A DNA stretch of 48,733 nt from a virus (taxonomy: Duplodnaviria; Caudoviricetes): the IMG/VR virus record IMGVR_UViG_3300003972_000407, positions 1 through 48,733 of that record, one strand, 5' to 3'. Shown here in pieces: positions 35,538 to 44,960 of the stretch; the first letter of the stretch is position 1; every line of letters begins with the position of its first letter. The position numbers were made by a program, and so were the translations under genes. A model generated the notes under the pieces. It was not told where the DNA came from and made no database searches. It saw only the letters and a program-made list of their open reading frames with translations.

Positions 35538-36251
35538 TTAGACGACCGAGCGGCGGAGCAGACCGTGGAACTCGACCTTGACGTCGGCGCAGGTCAGATC
35601 TGCGCCGCCGTCGCTGGCCGGCTGCGCGATGAAGATCGGAGCCTCGGGCTGCATCGCAAAGGTGTAGCCGAGGTTCTCGCGCATCCACACGGGCAGCACG
35701 AGCGCGTTGCGGTCACGCGGCGACGGCACGCCGTTCTGTGCCAACTCGAAGAACGCGTTGGTCGAGAAGACGTTGAAGCCGTGACCCTGCGGGTAGTTCT
35801 GCATCACGCCCTGCGAGTACGTCTTGCCGTTGTACTGGTACTCCAGGTAGGTGACGCGATCGATGTTGAACAGCGTACGCAGCGTCGGCGGATCCGACAG
35901 CGCGCCGTTCGTGTCCGCGAGCTGCGGCACGGTCGTCGACCCCGTGGGTCCGCGGCACGCGCGCACCACCTTGACCGACACGCTGTAGACGTACATCTCC
36001 CAATCCTTGGGGAGACCCGCCGAACCCGCGCGCGGGATGTTCGTGTCGACACGCGTCGACGTGCGCGTGCCGCCCGGGATCTGCTGCGAGCGACCCGCGC
36101 TGAACGCCTCGACCGGGCCGTTCTGCCCGTTGTTGAGCTGCACCGTCGAGTACAGCTTGTCGTCGATCCAGTCCGAGATCTGGATCGTCTGACCATTCTC
36201 CAGGGTGATGGTCGTGGTACCCGGGGCAACACCAACAGTTCCGCCAGCCAT
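35538..36251 (-). CDS. candidate major capsid protein (single jelly-roll type)
   Basis: 237 aa, AGGAG SD, structured leader. LYSTV..DTNI..GLP..YPQGHG..NGVP..LP..VEFHGLLRRSV pattern recalled from tailless-virus capsid candidates; not verified. Confidence 0.55.
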   Translation of the reverse strand: MAGGTVGVAPGTTTITLENGQTIQISDWIDDKLYSTVQLNNGQNGPVEAFSAGRSQQIPGGTRTSTRVDTNIPRAGSAGLPKDWEMYVYSVSVKVVRACRGPTGSTTVPQLADTNGALSDPPTLRTLFNIDRVTYLEYQYNGKTYSQGVMQNYPQGHGFNVFSTNAFFELAQNGVPSPRDRNALVLPVWMRENLGYTFAMQPEAPIFIAQPASDGGADLTCADVKVEFHGLLRRSVV

Positions 36252-36395
36252 GGCTTTCTCCTGCGAAGGTTGAACAACACGTGCGGTGTGGGGGTCGTCC
36301 CCCGTCACCGCACCCTTTCGACTCCTTAAGCCCCTGGCGCGGCCTGCACTCAGGGGCTCCGACGAGTGAGACTCGCCGCTGCTATGGTCCGTCGA

Positions 36396-36992
36396 CTACC
36401 GAGCGCCGAGGAGCGTCGCGCCGTAGCGGGCCGACAGACCCGACACCTGCGGGCCGCCCGCGCCGAGGCGCTGACCGAGCAGGTTCACCGGAGGCGGCGT
36501 GCCGACACCGCCGCTCACCTGCGGACCCGCGACGCCCGGAATCGTGCCCTGCGGCGTCGGCGTGGTCGACACGGCCGGCAGACCGAGGCCCGCGCCGTTG
36601 AGCGGCTGGATCATCGGCATGCCGAGACCGTTGAGCGGACTGATCATCGGGAGGCCGACACCGTTCGTCTGCGCGGCCTCCTTCGGCGCGCCGAACAGAA
36701 CGCCCGACAGCCACTTGAGACCCGACGTGAAGAACGCACCCGCGAACGCGCCCCACGCAGCGTGACGCGTCGACGGCATCGTCATCATCACGCCGCCCGT
36801 CGCGAGGCCCGCGAGGAAACCAATCAAGTCGGAGTGCGCGGCGGCCTTCGCCGAGCCCATGCGAGCGAGGATCGTCGACGTGGTGAACGAGACACCGCCA
36901 CCGATCGTGACGCCCCAGAGAGGGTTCAGACCGACGGGCTGACCGAATTGGTTGAGCCCGAGGAGATCGACCTTGCCAAGCAGCTTCGCCAT
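36396..36992 (-). CDS. multi-TM, Gly/Pro-rich virion membrane protein
   Basis: Three hydrophobic segments; LNGLG and LNGAG motifs; immediately upstream of the capsid candidate. Confidence 0.7.
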   Translation of the reverse strand: MAKLLGKVDLLGLNQFGQPVGLNPLWGVTIGGGVSFTTSTILARMGSAKAAAHSDLIGFLAGLATGGVMMTMPSTRHAAWGAFAGAFFTSGLKWLSGVLFGAPKEAAQTNGVGLPMISPLNGLGMPMIQPLNGAGLGLPAVSTTPTPQGTIPGVAGPQVSGGVGTPPPVNLLGQRLGAGGPQVSGLSARYGATLLGAR

Positions 36993-37009
36993 CTTTGTTA
37001 CTCGCTGGT

Positions 37010-37192
37010 TCAGCGGCACTTGCCTTTGAAGGCCCAGCCGCTACGGGTTTTGCCCTCTCCGTTGCCCTTTCCGACGAAACAGAGGAGGGCGCCTCGCTTC
37101 GTTCGGGGATTCCTTACGCACTTGCACCGCTCGCCATCGGCGCCGAGCGTCCGCTTTTCGGACGAACCCGATAGCGTCATGATCGACGGCAT
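37010..37192 (-). CDS. small basic Cys-containing protein
   Basis: RCKCVRNPRTKRG..LC..KGKCR. Confidence 0.6.
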   Translation of the reverse strand: MPSIMTLSGSSEKRTLGADGERCKCVRNPRTKRGALLCFVGKGNGEGKTRSGWAFKGKCR

Positions 37193-37196
37193 CGAA

Positions 37197-37715
37197 TCAC
37201 CCCCACGGCCAGCGCACGCCGCGCCACCGCATCATGGTGGTTTTCGCCGCCGCCTCGGCGGCGTACGTGGGGAGCGACGGCGACTGACCATACGCTTGCG
37301 CCGTGAGCGCGTGTGGCAAGCCCGCGGCCGGCCCCATGCTCTCGCCGTACGCCGCCATCGGCGCGATCGCATGCTGGCTGATGAACGGGCGATCACTCGT
37401 GACGACCGGCTGCGTCGCAGTCGGCGCCGGCATCGCCGGAAGCGTGTAGGCCGCGCGGCCCGCCTTGATGCGAGCCTTGATGTCCTCCCACCACGCGGCG
37501 AGGCGCGAGAAGAGACCGCCACGCAGCCCCGAGAGCTGCATGCCGGTGTACGGGCCGCGCGTGAACGCATCCGCCGTCGCCATGACCGCCTCGCCCGGCC
37601 GGAACCCCGTCATCGGGGCGAGCACGCCCGTCGCGTACACGCGATCGGGACGCAGGTAGTGCATCGCGTCCGTGTGCTGGGCGTTGCCGAGACCGAGGAG
37701 CGTGACCTGGTGCAT
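37197..37715 (-). CDS. putative virion protein
   Basis: GGAGG SD; LLGLG and LSGLRGG motifs. Confidence 0.65.
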   Translation of the reverse strand: MHQVTLLGLGNAQHTDAMHYLRPDRVYATGVLAPMTGFRPGEAVMATADAFTRGPYTGMQLSGLRGGLFSRLAAWWEDIKARIKAGRAAYTLPAMPAPTATQPVVTSDRPFISQHAIAPMAAYGESMGPAAGLPHALTAQAYGQSPSLPTYAAEAAAKTTMMRWRGVRWPWG

Positions 37716-37867
37716 GCCTCCAAGGTGCCGATCTCGGGGCCCGTGGGCACTTAATGAATGATTCCGCGGAGTTTTTCTCGCTAGCGAGCGAACGAGTGGC
37801 AACTCGTGCTACGTAAGTGGTCAATCAAATTCGAGTTGGGGACGACTCGATTTGACCACGAGCGACC

Positions 37868-38401
37868 GTGATCATCGTCGGCCCCAACACGTCCCAAGCC
37901 CTCTCCCCGCACGCCGCAGAGCGTTCGTGGGTCATGTTCGTGCAGATCGCGCCGCCGACCGGCGCCGCAGGGCCGGTCAAGATCGAAGGCGTGCGCGGCG
38001 CGAAGATCGGCGATCGCCTACTCACGATCTCCGCCGAGAACCCGTACCCGAGCTACCTGATCGGGCTCATCGAGAGTGCGTCGCCCCACCAGCAGGCGCA
38101 CGCGATCGCGTCGCAGTTCGCCGAGCACCACATGCACGACGGCTGGTTTGAGCCCGCGCCCACGCTCTTGCGATTCGTCCAGAGCTACGGTCAACGCGCG
38201 CTCGGCGAGCTACTCGCGCAGACGCGACCCGGCGCCGTCGATGGGCAGATCGTCGACATCGAGGAAATCGCGCGCATCCTCAACGTCTCCGTGCGCACGG
38301 TGCGTCGGCTCGTCGAGGCCGATGGCATCCCTCACATGCGCGTTGGCAAGCAGCTCCGATTCGTCGTCGCCGACGTCCTCGCAGCGATGCAGCTCAGCTA
38401 G
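37868..38401 (+). CDS. degenerate GIY-YIG (T5orf172/MUG113-like) domain fused to excisionase-like HTH
   Basis: VMFVQ..GPVKI..RL..NP..GWF; C-terminal EEIARILNVSVRTVRRLV..IPHMRVGKQLRF (HTH_17-like). Confidence 0.7.
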   Translation: MIIVGPNTSQALSPHAAERSWVMFVQIAPPTGAAGPVKIEGVRGAKIGDRLLTISAENPYPSYLIGLIESASPHQQAHAIASQFAEHHMHDGWFEPAPTLLRFVQSYGQRALGELLAQTRPGAVDGQIVDIEEIARILNVSVRTVRRLVEADGIPHMRVGKQLRFVVADVLAAMQLS

Positions 38402-38500
38402 ATGGCGGACCCCTCGCTGCGAAGAAGATCCCCACGAGGACAAAGTAGACGCACTCGCTGTCGGACCCCTGCGCTACAGGTAGTGTTGCTGCGAGCCTGA

Positions 38501-38845
38501 ATGCGGTGCCCAGAGTGCGGTAACGAGACTCGCGTCGGAGAGACGCGCGACATCGCCGGCAACAACCGACGGCGGCGCGTGTGCCCGAACTGCGGGCACC
38601 GCTTCACGACGATCGAGACGATCGTCCAGTCGAATCAGAAGTACAACGACGTTGTTCTGATCATCCTGCCGAGGCCAAAGGCGCGAGAGCTTCGCGAGGC
38701 GCTGGCGCTGCTCGATCGCGGCCTGGCCGGCGAGTTATCGCAGCACCCTCGTAGCGAGGGCGCCGAGGGTGAGGGCGAGAGCGCCAAGCGAGCCGAAGGC
38801 GATCCACTTGCGGTTCTTCCACCACCAGGTCTCGAAGACTCCTAG
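38501..38845 (+). CDS. NrdR-like N-terminal Zn-ribbon protein lacking ATP-cone
   Basis: MRCPECG..TRVGETR..RRRRVCPNCGHRFTTIE. Confidence 0.75.
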   Translation: MRCPECGNETRVGETRDIAGNNRRRRVCPNCGHRFTTIETIVQSNQKYNDVVLIILPRPKARELREALALLDRGLAGELSQHPRSEGAEGEGESAKRAEGDPLAVLPPPGLEDS

Positions 38846-39058
38846 GCCCTTAACGCCGACGCCGGGCGGCAGGTAGCGCGCCATCGTGATGCCGAGGCCC
38901 TGCAAGCTCGCGTCGCCGCTCGGCACGACGTTGTTGATCGGCTGAACTGTGAGCTGGTTCATGCCGACCGGGAACGTCAGGTGCGCGTTGATGCCGGGGT
39001 TGATCGCAGGATCCTGCGAGAACTGCCACTGCGGGATGATGCCGAGCGAGAGCGCCAT
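38735..39058 (-). CDS. putative virion membrane protein
   Basis: LQGLG and VKGLG motifs, WWKNRKW followed by a C-terminal TM. Confidence 0.65.
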   Translation of the reverse strand: MALSLGIIPQWQFSQDPAINPGINAHLTFPVGMNQLTVQPINNVVPSGDASLQGLGITMARYLPPGVGVKGLGVFETWWWKNRKWIAFGSLGALALTLGALATRVLR

Positions 39059-39255
39059 GGCGCCTAGCCTATCACGTCAAGATCGGCCGCTGTGATTCGA
39101 CCTGAAGCCCAACCGATCGAGCACGATCGGCTCGTCGTCGCAGTCCGCGCACTCGAACGGCCCGTCAGATAACCGCGTGTCGAGTACATCGATCCAGAGC
39201 GAGACGCTGCACGCGCACGTGACTTCGACCTTACCTCGTGGGCGTAGGGTGTCGC

Positions 39256-39486
39256 TTACTGCCCACGCCTACGAATCGCCGATGCCCGCTTGTATGCTTG
39301 GCGGAGTGCGGCCTTCGCCGTACGCGCATTGATCGAAATCGGTGCGAGCTTCCTGCCGCTACGATCCGTGAGCCACGCCGAGAACCCGTAGCGTGCGCCG
39401 TAGACGCAGATCTTGGTCTGTGGAGTGAACTTCCGGCACCGCTCGACGCCGATGAAACGCGGGGAGCCTTTCTTTCGCTTCGCCAT
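39256..39486 (-). CDS. small basic protein
   Basis: MAKRKKGSPR..CRK..C..RRRGQ. Confidence 0.6.
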   Translation of the reverse strand: MAKRKKGSPRFIGVERCRKFTPQTKICVYGARYGFSAWLTDRSGRKLAPISINARTAKAALRQAYKRASAIRRRGQ

Positions 39487-39487
39487 C

Positions 39488-39739
39488 TTACCCTCGATTG
39501 TAGCGGAAGGAGCGCGTGAGTGTCCCGTTGCGATAGACGCTCGGCATGCGCGCCTCGCCCGCATCCTTCGCACACGTCACGTAGACGTCGACACGAGACC
39601 CGCGGTTGGGCTGCGCGAGGTTAAGGGCGCGCTCGAACGAGCGCGCCGCGTATGAGTCGCGGGGATCACGATTGATCACCACAACCGTGAATCGCTTCTG
39701 ACCGATCCGGCACTTCGGCCGTGCCTTACGCTGTGCCAT
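39488..39739 (-). CDS. small basic protein
   Basis: MAQRKARPKCRIGQKRF..TCAK. Confidence 0.6.
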   Translation of the reverse strand: MAQRKARPKCRIGQKRFTVVVINRDPRDSYAARSFERALNLAQPNRGSRVDVYVTCAKDAGEARMPSVYRNGTLTRSFRYNRG

Positions 39740-39741
39740 AG

Positions 39742-40164
39742 CTAGCTCGCTTTCTTCTTTCCGAAGCCCTGGGCGACTGCGATCACGGGCGTGACGATCG
39801 GGAAGATCGAGCCCATGAAGAACCACCAAAGGCCCCATCCGATGGACTGGTTGCGGCGATACCCGTGATAGCCGCTCGCCGCTGCCGACGCGAGCGTCAG
39901 GACGCCTGCGACCTTCGGCCACGAGCTACGCACACGCTCGGACGCTTCGAGCCAGCGCAGCGCGGCAGCGACGTCATTCGCCTCGACACCGCGCGCGATG
40001 AGCGCCTGCGCCATCGGCCCACGATCCGCGGGCGAAAACGCCTTCAGGAAGGACGCGATCTCGGTGCTACTCGGGTTCGGGTGCGCGAGCAAGAACCCGT
40101 CAATCGGTTCGGCCGCGCCGAGTCCGAGCAACATCGAAGCGCCGAGGAGCTGAGGATTCGCCAT
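39742..40164 (-). CDS. putative virion membrane protein
   Basis: LLGLG near N-terminus; YHGYRRNQSIGWGLWW plus TM. Confidence 0.7.
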   Translation of the reverse strand: MANPQLLGASMLLGLGAAEPIDGFLLAHPNPSSTEIASFLKAFSPADRGPMAQALIARGVEANDVAAALRWLEASERVRSSWPKVAGVLTLASAAASGYHGYRRNQSIGWGLWWFFMGSIFPIVTPVIAVAQGFGKKKAS

Positions 40165-40346
40165 GCGCTCATCCTACTCCACGCGCTTGTACGCCGGGCA
40201 AGTCTTCAGGTGGAACGAGCCCCGCACCGCGACCGTGATCGGATCTTCCTTGCGAGTCGGCGGGTGGCAGGTGCAGCCCGGTTCGCACGTGCACGCGGAG
40301 CCGTCAGCGTGCATCGGACGAGGAACAACGATCGGTCGCCGCTCCA

Positions 40347-40640
40347 TCACCCGCACCTCGGACCGAACATCGATCCCTTGCGGCACGACACGCGACCGTG
40401 CTCGACGTGGAACCAGTACGTCACGCCCTCGTGTTTACGTCCGAGCGTGATCGCGAGGAGGTCGCCGGGTTCGAGCTTGAGCTTGCGCGACATGCGATAC
40501 GCAACGCGCTTCGCGTCGGCGACAGTCGTAACCGGGGGCATTTTCTTGCACGACGTTCGACGAGAAGTGGATCCATGCCGCTTCTCGTAGACGACGCAAA
40601 CGTTCGCCTTGGGGTTAGGGTATTCGCTGCGACGTACCAT
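40347..40640 (-). CDS. small basic Cys-containing protein
   Basis: 97 aa, K/R-rich, four Cys. Confidence 0.55.
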   Translation of the reverse strand: MVRRSEYPNPKANVCVVYEKRHGSTSRRTSCKKMPPVTTVADAKRVAYRMSRKLKLEPGDLLAITLGRKHEGVTYWFHVEHGRVSCRKGSMFGPRCG

Positions 40641-40649
40641 CAGAGGTTC

Positions 40650-41375
40650 CTATGCGGGGAAGTCAGTGACGCGACCCGCGGGGAATTCGACGCCGAATTT
40701 GTCGTCACCGGGTAGCGTCGTGTCGAGTGCGACGAACTTCGTCGGGCGCTCCTTGGGCAGCATCGCGCCGACGTAGATGTGCTCGTCATCGCCGTTGCGT
40801 GTCGGCGCCGTTACGCGGAGCCGTGGCGTGATGCCATTGTGCGCGAGCAACGTCGCACCGAGAATCGTGTGATCGTCGCAGTCACCGCCACCGAATTCGA
40901 GCGTGCGATCGGCGCGCTGGAAGAAGTCGACGCCCTCGACGGGACCGTGACGACCCATCTTGACCGGCGCAACATCGCCCGTGTAGCGCACGTGCCGCTT
41001 GATGTAGTCGTACACGGCCTTCGCCTCACACAACCCGTCGCGTTCGGGGCAGTGCGCGGTGATCTTGAGCGCGAGCTTGCGCATGCGCGGGTCCTGTACG
41101 CCCTTCCACACGAGATCCTGAATCGAGGCGACGCGCTCCTCGATCGGCATCGTCGCCGAGCGACGGTGCTCGATCTTCATGCCGCCCACTTCGGTCCGAC
41201 CCACGACCGGCGCTTGCGCGTAACGCCGGTTCACGAATCGGTACTTGGGTTTGATGAGCCCTAGGCCGGCAAGACGCGATTGCCGTCGCGCGAGGACGAT
41301 CATCGCTCCGACGACCGCGGCGAGACTGACGGCTCCGATGGCGAGGCCAACACGCTTTCGGGTCTGCGGCGACAT
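40650..41375 (-). CDS. membrane-anchored transglutaminase-like cysteine protease
   Basis: N-terminal TM; VYDYIKRHVRYTGD, GDCDDHTILGATLL (Cys), EHIY (His), ALDTT (Asp). Confidence 0.82.
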   Translation of the reverse strand: MSPQTRKRVGLAIGAVSLAAVVGAMIVLARRQSRLAGLGLIKPKYRFVNRRYAQAPVVGRTEVGGMKIEHRRSATMPIEERVASIQDLVWKGVQDPRMRKLALKITAHCPERDGLCEAKAVYDYIKRHVRYTGDVAPVKMGRHGPVEGVDFFQRADRTLEFGGGDCDDHTILGATLLAHNGITPRLRVTAPTRNGDDEHIYVGAMLPKERPTKFVALDTTLPGDDKFGVEFPAGRVTDFPA

Positions 41376-41416
41376 CTTCCAAGCGAGCGTAACACGGTCG
41401 TTGTAGGATGCGGGGT

Positions 41417-42478
41417 ATGCAATTCGTGTCACTGCTCGGCGGGCTCGGTCAGATGTTGCCGATTCACACGGCCCTCGACGTCAAAGACCTCATCCCTGTG
41501 GCCAACGCCTCGACGCAGCCGAAACACGGGCAGTGCTCGGCGGACGGGCGGTTCATCTGGATTCCAGCCACGGCGACCTTCCCGGGCTATTGGGAGCGTA
41601 TTCCCGAGGGGCAGACATGCGAAACCTACACGCCCAGCGGCACCACGCCGCCGAAGGTGCATGATCACCGTGGCAGCGACACCAAGCTCAAGGCACCCCC
41701 GCCGAAGACCGACATCACCGTCTTCGACGCCAACGTGCAGAGCGGCGTCGGCCGATTTGTTGTCGTCGATCCGTTCAAGTTTCCCGCCGATGTGGAGCGT
41801 TCGGCGTTCCAGATCTGGGGCGGCCCGAAGCTGCCTCCCCGATGGCAGGAGCTGCTTATTAAAGCGATGCAGTACCCGGGAACCAAGTACCCCATAGAGC
41901 CGGGTCTCGCGTACTACTTCGACAACCCGCCCCCGACGTACCGCGGCAAGTTCTTCGGTTTACTCCCCGACGGTCGACCCGTCAAACAACCCAAGTGGTG
42001 GCCGATCGCCAAGGTGAAGCACCCGATCAGCGGTAAGGACTACGGCGTCTTCGTCGGGTACACCTCTCGCTACAGGGATCGACCGATGAACGACCCCGAG
42101 CAGGGCCCATTCATCCTGACTTTCCAGTGGGCACCGATCGATAAAGCTTGGTACGAGGATGTCTGGGACTGGATCGTCGAGATGGTCGGTGAGGTCGTCG
42201 AGTACGTGTGCGAGAAGATCAGCGATCCCACCACGGCTGCTGCGGTCGCCGCTGCCGCCACCGCAGGCGGGCCGGTGACGGTCGGCACGGCGGCCGGAGC
42301 CGCGCTGCTCTGCCAACGGCCCACTCCACAACAACAACAGCAACAAGAACAGACCGTCAAGAACCTGCCGCCCGCGGTGACGCCGAAAGTCGTGTGGCCG
42401 TACTACCTCGCAGGCGGCCTCGTGTTTGCTGGCCTGGTCGCGTTTCTTCTCATGTCCCCGAAGAAAAAGCCCGCGTGA
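41417..42478 (+). CDS. putative virion membrane protein
   Basis: LLGGLG at N-terminus, poly-Q, C-terminal TM plus KKK. Confidence 0.7.
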   Translation: MQFVSLLGGLGQMLPIHTALDVKDLIPVANASTQPKHGQCSADGRFIWIPATATFPGYWERIPEGQTCETYTPSGTTPPKVHDHRGSDTKLKAPPPKTDITVFDANVQSGVGRFVVVDPFKFPADVERSAFQIWGGPKLPPRWQELLIKAMQYPGTKYPIEPGLAYYFDNPPPTYRGKFFGLLPDGRPVKQPKWWPIAKVKHPISGKDYGVFVGYTSRYRDRPMNDPEQGPFILTFQWAPIDKAWYEDVWDWIVEMVGEVVEYVCEKISDPTTAAAVAAAATAGGPVTVGTAAGAALLCQRPTPQQQQQQEQTVKNLPPAVTPKVVWPYYLAGGLVFAGLVAFLLMSPKKKPA

Positions 42479-42492
42479 TACAACCGTAGGCG

Positions 42493-43038
42493 ATGCTGCT
42501 CTCCACGCCGGTCGGTTGTCCTCCCACGCTCCTCTCGGGCTTCGGCGCGGTGCCGACCAAGTCGGAGCCGCTGGCGAAGCTGCAACAAGCACTCGTCAAG
42601 CTGTCGGAGGCGACACGAAACTCCGCGATCAACCCGGGCACAACCAACGGTGCACTCACCGACGGCCTACCTGACGATCGCACGATGATCGCGATCTCGG
42701 CTGCGCTCGGGCTGATCACACCGCATATCCCCAAGGTCGCCGCGGTTCCCCTCGTGATCGCGTTCGGTATTGGCGCGTCGACGACGACCGCGAAAAAGGC
42801 GGTACTCGATTACGCCGACGAGCTGCGCGCTGCGGTCAACGCAGCAACCGCGGCGGCGCCGTTCTACGTGAAGCCACCGCCGACGGAAACGCCGACCCTC
42901 CCGGAAACGCCGACCCTCCCCGACATCTTCAAGTCGAGTGGCCCTTGGTACACGACGTGGTGGGGCATCAGCGCCATCGCTGTCGGTCTGCTCGGGACGC
43001 TCGCGCTCATCAGAGCCCATCGCGCTAGCGTCGCGTAG
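42493..43038 (+). CDS. putative virion membrane protein (PG-binding-like N-terminus)
   Basis: LSGFG; LQQALVKL..DG; duplicated ETPTLP; WYTTWWG plus TM. Confidence 0.7.
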   Translation: MLLSTPVGCPPTLLSGFGAVPTKSEPLAKLQQALVKLSEATRNSAINPGTTNGALTDGLPDDRTMIAISAALGLITPHIPKVAAVPLVIAFGIGASTTTAKKAVLDYADELRAAVNAATAAAPFYVKPPPTETPTLPETPTLPDIFKSSGPWYTTWWGISAIAVGLLGTLALIRAHRASVA

Positions 43039-43091
43039 TAGACTCGGCGCATGGCCAAGCATCGGAAGTCCCGCAAGAGTAGAATCGCAGC

Positions 43092-43445
43092 ATGAGCGCT
43101 GTTGATGGCTACTACTCGCATCCACACGTCCGCGCGCAGATCTTTCGGAACTTCGATGCTGCGCAGGTCGGCGACGAGCCCATCGGCTACGCGGACGTTG
43201 GACTCGGTGGCGTCGAGGATGACGTCAAGCGCATCCTGTCGCTGATCCCGGGCGCGACGGCCTACTACAACAGCCTGATCGCGCTCATCCAGCAAAAGGC
43301 GAAGGAGGGCGCCGAACAGGCGATCCCGCGCATCAAGGCCGAGGTCGAGGCGACGGTCAAGCCGTACGTTATCGCATCGTTCCTGCTCGGGCTCGGCGGC
43401 TTCCTGTTTGGGCTGTCGACGTACCTTCGCAACCGAGGTTCCTAA
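43092..43445 (+). CDS. putative virion membrane protein
   Basis: C-terminal TM; TAATG overlap. Confidence 0.7.
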   Translation: MSAVDGYYSHPHVRAQIFRNFDAAQVGDEPIGYADVGLGGVEDDVKRILSLIPGATAYYNSLIALIQQKAKEGAEQAIPRIKAEVEATVKPYVIASFLLGLGGFLFGLSTYLRNRGS

Positions 43446-43792
43446 TGGCGACTTTCACCCCCTACGTCGGCGTCGCGCCGGCTACCACGACGATGCGGCT
43501 CAACGGGCTCGGCGGGCTCGGCGTTTGTCCACCCGGCCACTACGGGCCCGCCATCATGCTACCCGGCGCCGTTCAAACGCCCGCCGCGAACGTGCCGCAG
43601 GCGACGCCGATCGAATCGAAGCCGGCGAGCCCCTACGCGAACGAGGTCGAGCTGAACGGACTCCGCGCAGCTCGCATGCTGCGCGGGCTCAGCGGCTTTC
43701 GTTGGGACTTGCTACTGCTCGGATTCGGCGCCGCGTTCGCGGGCGTACTCGGCTACACGTTCTATCGCGTGCGGCGCACCAAGCTGCTCTGA
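43445..43792 (+). CDS. putative virion membrane protein
   Basis: LNGLGGLG, LNGLR, LSGFR; C-terminal TM. Confidence 0.7.
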   Translation: MATFTPYVGVAPATTTMRLNGLGGLGVCPPGHYGPAIMLPGAVQTPAANVPQATPIESKPASPYANEVELNGLRAARMLRGLSGFRWDLLLLGFGAAFAGVLGYTFYRVRRTKLL

Positions 43793-43799
43793 GGTCCAC

Positions 43800-44204
43800 A
43801 TGCCAAAGGTCAAAGATGTCACCGATGCTGCCCTCGACGACGTCATGGGGGTGCCGTTCGCAGGCACTTACATAAGGCGGGTGCAGGCCGCGAAGCCGGC
43901 CACGAAGCTCACACCAACGCTGCAAGCGACTCTCGACGAGTGGAACCGCAGGGCGGATAAGTCACTGCCGTTCGTGTCGCGCGTCCTCGCTTACGGCTTC
44001 CGTTACATGAAGCCGAGCCAGCACGCGAACATGATCCGACTCATCAAGGGCAAGCACCTCCGCCTCTGCCAAGTCAGCGCGCCGCCGCCTGAAGGCAGCA
44101 ACGCCAGACGCGAGACCCCCTACAGCGATCACTTCTACCTCCTGCGTGAGTCGTGCCCGTCCGAGTTGCCCGAGGGCCAGCTCGCGGGCAAGCGACGTCG
44201 CTGA
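43800..44204 (+). CDS. basic hypothetical protein
   Basis: GAGG SD; ends LAGKRRR. Confidence 0.65.
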   Translation: MPKVKDVTDAALDDVMGVPFAGTYIRRVQAAKPATKLTPTLQATLDEWNRRADKSLPFVSRVLAYGFRYMKPSQHANMIRLIKGKHLRLCQVSAPPPEGSNARRETPYSDHFYLLRESCPSELPEGQLAGKRRR

Positions 44205-44319
44205 GTTGAGCTGTAGCTCGACGGCAAGCAGCTCTAGCGCTTCGACATCCTCGGGCCGCATGAAGGCCCGCTCTATCACGATTGTGCAGCCCTTTGGGGA
44301 GCTGTGATAGCCTCGAAGC

Positions 44320-44946
44320 GTGCAGCAACTCGGCGTGATCCTCACTCCCTACGGCGCCAACTCGCCCTACGGCTGGTACGCCGAGATCGCGCAGACGCGC
44401 GGCGGGCGTGGCACCTATCTCAAGGACCCGCCCGGCTACCCGACGTTCGATCGGTTCTTCCATTCGCGCGGTGAGCCGGGCTTCTACTACGACACGCAAC
44501 TCGGCAACGCGAAGGAGCCGCTTGTCGCTCGTATCAAGGCGTGGTTCGAGCGCACGTTCAAGCGCGAGCCGATCGCCGCCGAAGCGTCCATGCCGGCCGC
44601 GTTGCCGCGAGGTAGCGGGGCGATCCCGACCGACGCCGAGATGGCGCGCGATCTCGTGTGCTACACGCCCGTCGCCTCGGGCTGGGTCGCCACACAGCAG
44701 GGCTTCGTGCCGGGCACGTGGCGCTTCAACTGGAACCCGGCCGGCGACTACGGTCCGCCGACGAGTCTCTCCGGTCTTCGAGAAGCGACGGCCGCCGATG
44801 TCCTCGCCGCGATGAACGCGCACAACCAGCGCATGTTCCATCTCGCGATCATCTCGACGACCGCCGTTTCGATCTCGGCGCTGTTCACGCTGTGGACGCG
44901 CTACAAGCGCTTCAAGGCCGACGCCGCGCGAAAGAGGCGGCGCTAG
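44320..44946 (+). CDS. putative virion membrane protein
   Basis: LSGLR before a C-terminal TM; ends RKRRR. Confidence 0.7.
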   Translation: MQQLGVILTPYGANSPYGWYAEIAQTRGGRGTYLKDPPGYPTFDRFFHSRGEPGFYYDTQLGNAKEPLVARIKAWFERTFKREPIAAEASMPAALPRGSGAIPTDAEMARDLVCYTPVASGWVATQQGFVPGTWRFNWNPAGDYGPPTSLSGLREATAADVLAAMNAHNQRMFHLAIISTTAVSISALFTLWTRYKRFKADAARKRRR

Positions 44947-44960
44947 CTCACGAGGTAGCT

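Noticed and set aside
38501-38845. Gene symbol nrdR
   Set aside because: The ATP-cone domain is absent; only the Zn-ribbon matches.
42885-42920. Short in-frame duplications (ETPTLP x2; TKGEGEE x2 at about 22625-22670)
   Set aside because: Ordinary linker slippage with no evidence of a separate function.
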